64,000 nucleotides of DNA from an uncultured Halieaceae bacterium (lineage in GTDB: Bacteria; Pseudomonadota; Gammaproteobacteria; Pseudomonadales; Halieaceae): assembly GCA_913031575.1 (NCBI GenBank), contig CAJWEV010000004.1:15310-79309 (forward strand), written 5' to 3'. Made by a program: the position numbers and the translations under genes. Below the pieces are notes generated by a model. The model saw nothing but the letters and a program-made list of their open reading frames with translations. It had not been told where the DNA came from and searched no databases. This document shows, in pieces, positions 38,647 to 47,986 of the stretch. Each line of letters opens with the position of its first letter. Position 1 is the first letter of the stretch.

Positions 38647-40536
38647 TTAGCGCTTAGCCAACTGAATCTGCTCATGGACAGCGCGATGAGCCGCATCGAC
38701 TGCTCCATCCACATAGGCATGAGCTTCTGAGTCGGAGTTGGCGATACTAATGCGCCCAATTTGCGCGCGTCCCGCAATATGCGGTCCGTTGTATCGGTTG
38801 TAACTCGGATTGACCCCAATACCCTCGAATTCGTAAGCATAGCCATGCGGCCAACGATTAAGCGTAATGCCGGCCATGTCACGCTCTACATCAAAACCAT
38901 GGGGCCCCAACATGCCATCGAAGTGTTGGATGATGTCGTCTTCAAAGTCCTGAAAAGACATTTCGAGCAGTTGCATGCGCCCTGCCCGATATTGATCCAT
39001 GGCGGGCAGACCTCTGGCTGTCGGTGAATACCACGCTGTAACGACAATCGGCCGATCAGTCTCTTGAGTGTATTCGTAGTCACCGATGCTGACCGGGTAG
39101 TCCAAATGCAAATACTTGAAATACACATCACCAGGCGAATAGAACATGTAATGCCCTGCGTGCTTAAACGACTGCCAGTTTCGGAGTGCGAAGGTGCCCA
39201 GTACGAAAGGAATCTTGGTGGACTGACCGAGCGCCTCAGTTTGAGCCTCACTCGCCTCGGGACAGAGGTGCGGGATAATTTGGTTATAGCAGGCCATGAC
39301 CGTGTGTTTAGCCCGCACCCGGTAGGTTTTGCCGCCGTTGACGTAAGCGACATCGACGTATTTCCCATCAGGCGTGTTCCGCGCTCTGACCACGGTACTG
39401 TTAAGACGAATCTTGACCTTATTATCAGGTCTGTCTAACCGACTGTAATCAGCTTTTGCTGTGACCAGATCCTCCATGCTGTTGCCGGGCATAGCGTCGG
39501 GAATCAGATTTCGGACCAGAGCGCGCGCAATGCTGGCGTTACCATCCGGAAACTTGAAGATATAGGGCTCCTCTTTTCCTTCAGGTGGTCGCACTCCCAC
39601 TTCGTCCGTACCCGGGAACCGATAAATTACAGCCTCCCAAGCCGAAATGGCTTCCCAACCCGCGCCCATCAGCGGGAGCCACGAGTCCTGCAGAATGTGT
39701 CTTACAGACTCCGGTTGCTGCGCGTAGTCCTTCAAAAAATCGAGATAACTGGTCTCGCGCAGCACCGCCTCGCGCTCCGGGTTTGAGAGTCCTTTCAGAT
39801 AATCCCTCCCACCCTTGAGCAGACTGGCAAATGCTTGTTGGTCCTCCTTTGGGATCGGCATATCGCTGGTGATGTTGCTGAGCTGAAAACCCCAGCGATC
39901 CCACCAGTCCTGAATGGGGTTTTCAGTGACGGCCCGCTTTCCAAAAGTCGCGACATCGAAATAAATGCCGCGGGTCATGCCGCGTTTTTCAAAGAATGAC
40001 TGGTCGTGATAGTCGTAAAATCGCTCAACGAAGATGCCAAGGTCTCTTAGCAACTGGCTCGCCACCGGTGAGTAGGCCGAGGGCGTATCAATCGCCTGAC
40101 TACCGCCGTAGCCAATCAATGTGTCGCCATCGACCGACAGCTCATTGCGACGCGCATGCCCACCAAAGTCATCGTGGTTATCCAATACGAGGATCTTGCT
40201 GTCGCTTCCGTGCCGGTCTCTAAAGAACTTCGCGGCCGCCAGCCCTGAGATGCCGCCACCAACCACTACCAGGTCGTAAGTCGTTTCTGTTTGCTCTTTG
40301 GGTAGGGTAAATGCTCTACCCTCGCGCGCCAGCGCGTGAGCAATCTCGTAGGACCCATCGACGCTACCCCGCATGCCGGTAAGCGCGGGCGGATAGTAAT
40401 CAGGACCCAAGGTGTGAGACGGGAGTAAATCTTGCGCGAGTGCTTCGAGTGGCGACAGGTGGAGTCCTGCCGCACCAATAGCCATGCCGCTGATAAAATC
40501 GCGACGAGTCAGTTTCTGCTTTAGTGGGCGCTTCAT
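38647..40536 (-). CDS. spdH: Tat-exported FAD/heme spermidine dehydrogenase-like oxidoreductase
   Basis: TRRDFI twin-arginine signal; YYPPALTGMRGS; GGGISG; DNHDDFGGHARRNE; FPDGNASIAR; NRWPHGYAY; IANSD. Confidence 0.82.
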   Translation of the reverse strand: MKRPLKQKLTRRDFISGMAIGAAGLHLSPLEALAQDLLPSHTLGPDYYPPALTGMRGSVDGSYEIAHALAREGRAFTLPKEQTETTYDLVVVGGGISGLAAAKFFRDRHGSDSKILVLDNHDDFGGHARRNELSVDGDTLIGYGGSQAIDTPSAYSPVASQLLRDLGIFVERFYDYHDQSFFEKRGMTRGIYFDVATFGKRAVTENPIQDWWDRWGFQLSNITSDMPIPKEDQQAFASLLKGGRDYLKGLSNPEREAVLRETSYLDFLKDYAQQPESVRHILQDSWLPLMGAGWEAISAWEAVIYRFPGTDEVGVRPPEGKEEPYIFKFPDGNASIARALVRNLIPDAMPGNSMEDLVTAKADYSRLDRPDNKVKIRLNSTVVRARNTPDGKYVDVAYVNGGKTYRVRAKHTVMACYNQIIPHLCPEASEAQTEALGQSTKIPFVLGTFALRNWQSFKHAGHYMFYSPGDVYFKYLHLDYPVSIGDYEYTQETDRPIVVTAWYSPTARGLPAMDQYRAGRMQLLEMSFQDFEDDIIQHFDGMLGPHGFDVERDMAGITLNRWPHGYAYEFEGIGVNPSYNRYNGPHIAGRAQIGRISIANSDSEAHAYVDGAVDAAHRAVHEQIQLAKR

Positions 40537-40587
40537 TGCTTAAGTCGTTGCTCTCTTCGACTACTGTTTTAACCGTTCTTGAACTCT

Positions 40588-40617
40588 CTTTAAGTGGATA
40601 GCGCTTTAAGTGGATAG
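40588..40617. repeat. 14-bp direct repeat in a divergent promoter region
   Basis: CTTTAAGTGGATAG at 40588-40601 and 40604-40617. Confidence 0.85.
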
Positions 40618-40741
40618 TGGCTGCGATCACCTGCTTGTCCAGGCTTGCAAACACTCCACTTTGTTTCTGTCACCACCATAGGCCTACGCCCGCCAAAAGT
40701 AAAAGTGCTGGCAGTCACCACCGAGTTATCGTTAACTCAAA

Positions 40742-40758
40742 AGGAACGGCCTTTGCAT
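40742..40758 (+). promoter_or_regulatory. Candidate sigma54 -24/-12 promoter for the DUF3604 gene
   Basis: AGG-AACGGCCTTT-GCAT (GG-N10-GC, with ACG and TTGCA conserved) about 55 nt before the ATG. Confidence 0.4.
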
Positions 40759-40808
40759 AATCGGCGCAAAGATAAAAAAGAGAGCGAAAAGAAAGAAAGG
40801 AAGCCAGA

Positions 40809-42728
40809 TTGATGTCGACCGTCAAAGAGACCCTCCTTCTTGCAACCCCGATAGTCCTACTTTTCGGGTGGTTCGGTTACGACTACTTGATGACCAATCT
40901 CACGTTTATACCCTCGAATGACGAGGAGCGCGCAGCGATCCATGCAGAGGTGGCAGCGCAAAACGAAACCGCCTTTTACAAACCTGCACAAAGCCCAAGG
41001 TCACCTCAGCCGGAAAACCCACTTAAAAATGTCTACTTCGGGGACCTGCACATTCACTCCAACCTGTCCGCCGACGCTTACCTCTTCGGTAATCGTCGTG
41101 ATCTTGATGCAACCTACCGCTTCGCCAAAGGTGAGTCAGCGGCGATTGAGACCGGTGAAGTCATCGAAATTACGCGACCCCTGGACTTTGCGGCGGTCAC
41201 AGATCACGCAGAGGGCTTTGGGCGTGTCATGGCGTGTTTTGATCCCTCAACGCCTGCGATTGCGGAGAGCTGTGAGCTGGTCAACAACCCCAACTTACTG
41301 TCGTTTCTGGAACTGAGAGCCAATGTTGAGGACCGACCTTTGGTCGAAAACCTCAGTTACTTTGGCAATGACAAAGCGGTGGAGCGTCAGTACCACCTTG
41401 GTACGTGGGAGTCGATTAAAGCGGCGGCTGAGCGACATAACGAGCCCGGCGTCTTCACCACCTTCGCGGCCTACGAGTACTCTCCTGCCATGGTCGATCG
41501 GGGTAAGCACCATCGTAACGTGATCTTCCGCACCAGTGTCACGCCCGACTATGCGGTCTCGGCCTATGACGCCGACTCGGAAATTGATTTATGGAAACAA
41601 TTGGATGCGTCTTGTGGTGAGGGCTGTGAGTTTCTGACGATTCCCCACAATCCGAACAAGAGCTGGGGCTTGGCCTTCGCCAGCGAAACGATTGATGGGA
41701 TTCCCTACACCCACGATGACTGGCGCCTGCGGGAAAAATTTGAGCCCTTGGTCGAGATGTTCCAGATCAAGGGTAACTCCGAGTGTGCACTTGGCTTTGG
41801 TGCCACCGATGAGGAGTGCGGCTTCGAACAATTCTTCCCTGTCTGTAAGGAAGGACAGGTCACGTTGTGCATTCACCCAACATCAATGGCCAGAGACGGT
41901 CTGAAGAAAGGACTGGCATTGGAGGAGTCCCTCGGCTTTAACCCAATGAAGTTTGGTCTCATGGCATCCACTGACACCCACAACTCGAACCCAGGTGATG
42001 CAGAAGAATGGGACTATCGCGGCGCGAACTCCTACATGGGCTCGCCGGCTAAAGCACGGCTTGAAAACGGCCTACGACAACCTAAAGTGGCCAACCCGGG
42101 CGGTCTCGCTGCGGTCTGGGCACCTGAAAATACCCGCGATGCATTGTTTAATGCCATGAGCCGACGCGAGGTCTATGCGACCAGTGGAACACGCCCAACC
42201 CTCCGATTCTTTGCAGGTGCCGGTTTACCCGAGGACCTTGCTCAAACGGGTGATCTCCAAGCCGCGTATAAAAACGGTGTCCCCATGGGCGGCACCCTCA
42301 ATGCTGGTGCGGGCGCGCCGCGACTATTCGTTTGGGCAACGCAAGACCCCGACCATGCACCTTTGGCGAAATTACAAATCATCAAAGGTTGGCTCGAGGA
42401 CGGTGAGGCACGTGAAACAGTCTTTGAGGTCGCCTGCGCCGATAGCGACGCCAGTGGTGCTTGTGTTGCGACGCTTGCGCAAGTCGATCTCAGTGACTGC
42501 TCCTGGTCTGACACTGCAGGCGCACCTGAACTTCGCGCGGACTGGGTAGACCCAGACTACGATGCCGCTCACAACGCGTTTTATTACGCGAGAGTGATTC
42601 AGATACCGAGCTGCCGCTGGACAACCTACGATAGTTTGCGGCTGGGACTGGCGCCACCGACCGACATACCGGCGACCATTACCGAAATGGCATGGAGTTC
42701 ACCTATCTGGGTGTCAGCAAAAGACTGA
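40809..42728 (+). CDS. DUF3604 domain protein (PHP-like metallo-domain, membrane anchored)
   Basis: YFGDLHIHS, DFAAVTDHAE, HRNVIF, IPHNPN, QIKGNSE, STDTHN, YATSG, YYARV, AWSSPIW. Confidence 0.9.
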   Translation: MMSTVKETLLLATPIVLLFGWFGYDYLMTNLTFIPSNDEERAAIHAEVAAQNETAFYKPAQSPRSPQPENPLKNVYFGDLHIHSNLSADAYLFGNRRDLDATYRFAKGESAAIETGEVIEITRPLDFAAVTDHAEGFGRVMACFDPSTPAIAESCELVNNPNLLSFLELRANVEDRPLVENLSYFGNDKAVERQYHLGTWESIKAAAERHNEPGVFTTFAAYEYSPAMVDRGKHHRNVIFRTSVTPDYAVSAYDADSEIDLWKQLDASCGEGCEFLTIPHNPNKSWGLAFASETIDGIPYTHDDWRLREKFEPLVEMFQIKGNSECALGFGATDEECGFEQFFPVCKEGQVTLCIHPTSMARDGLKKGLALEESLGFNPMKFGLMASTDTHNSNPGDAEEWDYRGANSYMGSPAKARLENGLRQPKVANPGGLAAVWAPENTRDALFNAMSRREVYATSGTRPTLRFFAGAGLPEDLAQTGDLQAAYKNGVPMGGTLNAGAGAPRLFVWATQDPDHAPLAKLQIIKGWLEDGEARETVFEVACADSDASGACVATLAQVDLSDCSWSDTAGAPELRADWVDPDYDAAHNAFYYARVIQIPSCRWTTYDSLRLGLAPPTDIPATITEMAWSSPIWVSAKD

Positions 42729-42819
42729 ACCACCGCCAAACGCAGGTGATTTTCGTACTTTTATAGATTTTTGAGGTTTTTTCCGATTTTAAGCGAATTT
42801 TACCGGCTTTTTATCGTTT

Positions 42820-43176
42820 CTAGCTGTCGCCTTCTAGCAAGTCTTCATGGCCGGCATCGTCCTTCGCCGGCGGCGTCAAAATGAGTTTTTGAGGTTTGTC
42901 TTTAGACTTTCCAACCGGCTCGTTGGTGTCCCATCGAACGCATCGATCGATGGCCACATTACCCTGCGGATTATCGATGGTGTTACCCAAGCTGTACTCA
43001 CCTGCCACTACCCCCGCTTTCGGTACCACTTCCTCGCTCAGACACTTCGGGAAATAAGGTGCGCTGTCGAGACCCAGTTCTTTCTCGAGCGCAGCGACCT
43101 CGCGCTCTTTGGGTGTGGCACAGCCCGCTAGCGTGAAGCTTGTGATGATGGCAACAAGACCAACGGAGAAGCGCAT
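42820..43176 (-). CDS. Small hypothetical lipoprotein
   Basis: GAGGA RBS; MRFSV...TLAGC lipobox; two further Cys; no family recognised. Confidence 0.65.
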   Translation of the reverse strand: MRFSVGLVAIITSFTLAGCATPKEREVAALEKELGLDSAPYFPKCLSEEVVPKAGVVAGEYSLGNTIDNPQGNVAIDRCVRWDTNEPVGKSKDKPQKLILTPPAKDDAGHEDLLEGDS

Positions 43177-43523
43177 GGGCAATTCCTCTGCTCGATTACT
43201 CACAGTTTAGTACGGCATTACGGGTTTTACGAGGGCAGACTTATGAAGAGAAGCCAGGGTAGTGCTGTGGTTAAGGGTATCTCAAGGCGGACCGTGCCTG
43301 AGACATTACTGGGTCAATAGGTAACGCGCCCTATGCGAGATGCCTCCTATCTAATGCTATCGGCAATGCACTGCCCATATGCCGAACCCGATTAAATTGA
43401 GCACCCAATGTCGCCTAGGCCCACTTTTTACCAGCATGGGCATTTAGTCTGTACTGGGCCTTTCCGGTGGAATCGGCTTCGGTAATACTCTCGTGTAAAC
43501 AACACCGATAAGAACTAGCTTCT

Positions 43524-45626
43524 ATGACACGCAAAACAACACACCGCACACAATACACCCTCGTTTTTGGCGCACTCGCCAGCTCGCTGAGCACCGTTGC
43601 CCTGCCTGGATATTCAGCGCTTGCCGCCGATCTTCCGGCCTTTAGCGCTGAAGACGTATTTGAGATGGAATACGCCAACGACCCTCAGGTATCTCCCGAT
43701 GGGTCTCGCGTGGCCTACGTCAGAAGCTCCATGGACATCATGACTGACCGCACACGGCGCACCATTTGGGTGGTTGATATTGATGGTGACAATCACCGTC
43801 CATTGGTCAGTGGCACCGGGAATTTCAGCTCACCGCGGTGGTCTCCATCCGGTGATCGGCTGGCCTATCTGTCAAATACCGAAGGTAAAACCCAGGTGTT
43901 TGTGCAGTGGTTAGACGGTGGTGAAACCGCCAAGGTAACCACCCTACCCCAGTCGCCGCGCAGTATTGTCTGGTCTCCCGATGGCAAACACATTGCCTTC
44001 ACTCGCTTTGTACCTGCAGCGCCTCCCACGTTGGCCGATATGCCAGCCAAACCAAAGGGAGCAAAGTGGGCAGAGCCTGCAACCGTGGTTGATCGCATGA
44101 CCTTCCGATTCGATGGTGGCGGCTACCTACCTACTGGCAGCCAGCAGGTATTTGTCGTGCCCGCAGACGGCGGCACCCCTCGTCAGATGACCTCAGGGGA
44201 CTATCCCATCAGCGGATCGGTCTCGTGGATGCCTGACAACCAGTCGATTGTCTTCTCAAGCAATCGACGCGAGGATGTCGAGTACCACCCCCGTCAAAAT
44301 GATTTGTATGCCGCATCAATGACCACGGGTGAGCTCACTCAAATGACGGATCAATTGGGTCCTGAGGGCAATCCCGCGGTATCACCCAACGGTCGATACC
44401 TCGCCTACACGTCGGCTGCCGACACACGTCAGGGCTATAACCGAGCAGACCTACGCGTCATGAATTTAACTTCGGGTGAGAGCCGTTCGCTCACGGCCAA
44501 TCTCGATCGATCGGTGTCTGATATCCAATGGTCAGCAGACAGCAAGAGCGTCTGGATTCGCTACAACGATCTGGGCATGGCGCGCATCGCCGAGGTTGAT
44601 CTGAACGGTAAGCTCAAGCAAGCCGATATTGTACTGGGTGGCACAGCACTGGGACGCCCCTACACCAGCGGCACGTTCTCGGTCGGGGGTAAAGACCGTA
44701 TTGCCTACACGCTGGGTCGCGATGATCGACCCGCAGATCTCGCATTAATGCGATCTGGCAAGCAACCGCTTCAGCTAACCGATCTAAACAGCGACCTCAT
44801 GGGACAACGAGAGATGTCACGGGTTGAGCGCATGGTCTGGCCCTCCTCCCACGACGGACTGGAAATTGAAGGCTGGGTGATGAAACCACCCGGCTTTGAT
44901 CCCGAGAAACAGTACCCCATGATTTTGGAGATCCATGGTGGACCGCACTCGGCCTATGGCCCGAACTATTCAACCGAGGCACAGTTGTTTGCGGCGGCGG
45001 GCTATGTGGTGTTCTACACCAACCCCCGAGGTAGCACGAGCTATGGTGAGAAGTTCGCGAATGAAATCGACTTGGCCTACCCTGGCTACGATTACGATGA
45101 CCTGATATCAGGCGTGGATGCACTCATCGACCAAGGCTACGTCGATAGCGAACAACTGTTCGTTACCGGTGGCTCCGGTGGTGGCGTGTTAACCGCCTGG
45201 ATTGTGGGTAAAACCGATCGATTCCGCGCGGCCGTGGTCGCAAAACCAGTCATTAACTGGGCTAGCTTCGTGTTAACGGCCGATCTCAACTACTTCTTTG
45301 CGACCACCTGGTTCGATGCGGCCCCGTGGGAGGACTACGAGGGTTACTGGAAGCGCTCACCCCTGTCACTAGTGGGCAATGTCTCCACGCCCACCATGTT
45401 GCTCACGGGCGAAGAGGATTACCGAACGCCCATGAGTGAGACCGAGCAGTACTACCAAGCCTTGAAGCACCGCGGCATTGATACGTTGATGGTCCGCATT
45501 CCCGGTGCGAGCCACAGCATTTACGCGCGGCCGTCCAACCTCATTGCTAAGGTCAACAACATCTTGGCGTGGTTTGAGCGCTACAGGGACGATGCGAGCG
45601 ATGCAGAGAACGGTGCGGCTGATTAG
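43524..45626 (+). CDS. S9 family (acylaminoacyl/dipeptidyl) peptidase, secreted
   Basis: Propeller SPDG repeats; IHGGPH; GGSGGG nucleophile; GEEDYRTP; ASHS. Confidence 0.93.
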   Translation: MTRKTTHRTQYTLVFGALASSLSTVALPGYSALAADLPAFSAEDVFEMEYANDPQVSPDGSRVAYVRSSMDIMTDRTRRTIWVVDIDGDNHRPLVSGTGNFSSPRWSPSGDRLAYLSNTEGKTQVFVQWLDGGETAKVTTLPQSPRSIVWSPDGKHIAFTRFVPAAPPTLADMPAKPKGAKWAEPATVVDRMTFRFDGGGYLPTGSQQVFVVPADGGTPRQMTSGDYPISGSVSWMPDNQSIVFSSNRREDVEYHPRQNDLYAASMTTGELTQMTDQLGPEGNPAVSPNGRYLAYTSAADTRQGYNRADLRVMNLTSGESRSLTANLDRSVSDIQWSADSKSVWIRYNDLGMARIAEVDLNGKLKQADIVLGGTALGRPYTSGTFSVGGKDRIAYTLGRDDRPADLALMRSGKQPLQLTDLNSDLMGQREMSRVERMVWPSSHDGLEIEGWVMKPPGFDPEKQYPMILEIHGGPHSAYGPNYSTEAQLFAAAGYVVFYTNPRGSTSYGEKFANEIDLAYPGYDYDDLISGVDALIDQGYVDSEQLFVTGGSGGGVLTAWIVGKTDRFRAAVVAKPVINWASFVLTADLNYFFATTWFDAAPWEDYEGYWKRSPLSLVGNVSTPTMLLTGEEDYRTPMSETEQYYQALKHRGIDTLMVRIPGASHSIYARPSNLIAKVNNILAWFERYRDDASDAENGAAD

Positions 45627-45705
45627 ACCGCACTTACGCAACGAAAACCGAAAAATTATGATCTAATAACAACCAATAAAAACGACGTTTAGGGAAGGTA
45701 AAACC

Positions 45706-46905
45706 ATGCGATCACTCTTTACTGCCCTCACTTTGGGCGCTCTCACACTAAGTGCTATCGCCCTGCCGGCCAGCGCCGCCACAAAGCAAGAGGTGGAAGG
45801 CTTTGTCGACCGACTAAAAAACGGCGACCTAGATGAAAATGTGTTGCTGTACCCTACCGCCGATCGCCGCATTGCTTTTGCTCACATCAACGCCTGGATG
45901 CCTTCGCGTCCCCTATTTCCATCCGAGAATCCGTATGCCCTGACCACGAAGATCGACAGGGATCTTAAAAATGTGAACTATCAAGTCGATGGCGAGACGT
46001 TCACGGTCGGTGATTTCCTGAAGCGGGAACCCCTCATGGGCATGGCGGTCGTCAAAGGTAACACCATAACGCTTGAGCATTACGCCGCGGACCATAGCCC
46101 CGAGTCTGTCTGGGTCTCGTTCTCTGTGACCAAGTCATTTACCTCAACCCTCATTGGTGCCGCGGTAAAAGATGGCTTCATCGGCAGTATTGACGACACG
46201 GTGGAGACCTATTTACCGCGACTCAAAGGCACGGCTTACGGCGCGGTCTCGATTAAGAACATTTTGCAAATGTCCTCTGGCGTGGCATGGAACGAGAACT
46301 ACGCCGATCCAGATTCCGATGTCGCCAAAGCGGGTACGTTCCAAGGGACCCAGCTAACGGATTATTTGGGCACGCTACCTCAGAAACACAAACCCGGTAC
46401 GGTGTTTAACTACAACACAGCCGAGAGCAACCTGCTGGGTGAGGTGTTAAGAGCGGCGGTAGGCAACTCCGCCACTGACTACATGAACGCCAAAGTCTGG
46501 CAAGGTTTTGGCATGGAGCACTGGGGTAACTGGATGCAGTCTGCCCCGTTTGCGGGCGAAACCGGTGGCTGCTGCATCAGCGCTTCCGTACGTGACTATG
46601 CACGACTCGGCATTTTCGTGAAAAACGGTGCAGTGAATGCGGCAGGTGAATCCCTTGTACCAGACGGCTGGATGGCTGAAGCAACAGCTCCCTCAAAAGG
46701 TTATCGAGGCTACGGTTACAAGTGGTGGCTCGAGGGCGGCGGTACGTACATGGCCGCTGGCATCTTCGGTCAGTTCATCTTTATCGATCCAAACAACGAT
46801 GTCGTGATCTCGATGCACAGCAATGCACCTGCCGCCGTGGATACCAACTACCACGCGCATGCCGATGCTGCGATGAAGGCGATTGCGGGTTCATTCGACT
46901 CGTAA
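45706..46905 (+). CDS. Secreted serine hydrolase (6-aminohexanoate-dimer hydrolase/NylB-like)
   Basis: SFSVTKS, LQMSSG, FNYNT, RDYARLG, YGYKWW, GIFGQ. Confidence 0.9.
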   Translation: MRSLFTALTLGALTLSAIALPASAATKQEVEGFVDRLKNGDLDENVLLYPTADRRIAFAHINAWMPSRPLFPSENPYALTTKIDRDLKNVNYQVDGETFTVGDFLKREPLMGMAVVKGNTITLEHYAADHSPESVWVSFSVTKSFTSTLIGAAVKDGFIGSIDDTVETYLPRLKGTAYGAVSIKNILQMSSGVAWNENYADPDSDVAKAGTFQGTQLTDYLGTLPQKHKPGTVFNYNTAESNLLGEVLRAAVGNSATDYMNAKVWQGFGMEHWGNWMQSAPFAGETGGCCISASVRDYARLGIFVKNGAVNAAGESLVPDGWMAEATAPSKGYRGYGYKWWLEGGGTYMAAGIFGQFIFIDPNNDVVISMHSNAPAAVDTNYHAHADAAMKAIAGSFDS

Positions 46906-47014
46906 ACCCTGACTTTTTGCGGCAGGGGGGTGCACGTTGATTACCTGCACCTCTTTATGAAGCGACGGTATTTAGATAGCCATTAAACAGAGGCCCACAG
47001 GCTTCAATAACAGG

Positions 47015-47773
47015 CTAGTCCTTACAGAGAATGAGTGTGGGCACACCATGGGTTTTGTCACGCACCGAGCAGACCCTGGTGCCAGGACGCCGGCCAGAGC
47101 GGATTTCTGAGACATCAAAACCGCGCTCGGTGAGCGCGCTGTGGGTCGCTTCGATGTTGTCCGTACGCCAGCTCAAGCCGAAGAAGCGATCCCGCTCGGG
47201 ACCTAAGGGTTTGGATAGCGGCTGATAAACCTCGACAATGAGATCACCGCAGCGGAAAAACATCAGCCGCGCATCCCAGTTTTCATTGGTGAGATCGAGC
47301 CGCATATCAAGCTGTAAGCGGCCACTCAGTAACGCAGAGGTGAAGTCACCGTCGCCACTAGCAAGCACCGCATGATCAAGACCTGACAAGACCCCACGGC
47401 TCGGCAAAACGCCGAGCTCAACATCACGCGCGGCCGTCAGAGCCAAGTTCACGCTTCGAGTGGTCTCCGGTTTGAGGACAAGAAAATGATCGTCCGACGC
47501 ATCATCAGCAATCTCGATACCTACATTGGGCAATCGGTGACGCGCAATGTCCAGGTCGGGGCAGCCAAAGACCAGCTGTTTGAGGCCTTGTCTCTCAGCG
47601 GTTTCAACCAATCGCAGACTTGTATTTGCCAGCTGAAAGCTTACCGAAGAATCGCCTCGGAAGTCCCCTTCCTGCGCGCGCGTCCCCGTCAATGCCGCGT
47701 AATCAACTGTGGCACCAGCCAGGTCATTAACACCAACAACGACGGAATCGAGCTGAGAAATCATTCGGGACAT
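47015..47773 (-). CDS. VOC / glyoxalase-like protein
   Basis: Two VOC modules (LDSVVVGVNDL; LDHAVL...FFRCGDLIVEV; GRRPGTRV...THGVPTL). Confidence 0.8.
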   Translation of the reverse strand: MSRMISQLDSVVVGVNDLAGATVDYAALTGTRAQEGDFRGDSSVSFQLANTSLRLVETAERQGLKQLVFGCPDLDIARHRLPNVGIEIADDASDDHFLVLKPETTRSVNLALTAARDVELGVLPSRGVLSGLDHAVLASGDGDFTSALLSGRLQLDMRLDLTNENWDARLMFFRCGDLIVEVYQPLSKPLGPERDRFFGLSWRTDNIEATHSALTERGFDVSEIRSGRRPGTRVCSVRDKTHGVPTLILCKD

Positions 47774-47986
47774 ACTACCGCCCTTCTTTGGTTTTTTATC
47801 TAGGTCAAAGTCGCAAGGATACGTGGCTGCTTTTTCAAACCCAAGGGTTATCGCCTGCCAAAAGAAAATCTCAATTGGCTTGCCTAGACACAGACCCGTG
47901 TCAAACTAGAGAGTAAGTTAATTGTGAACCTAGCTGGATTTAACCGAGCTAAGTCAGTCTGGGGCTGTCGGACGTGTAAATGCAAT

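Noticed and set aside
36639-46905. The two beta-lactamase-fold genes as antibiotic resistance genes
   Set aside because: Motifs fit esterase/amidase (EstB- and NylB-like) serine hydrolases, with no class C KTG triad.
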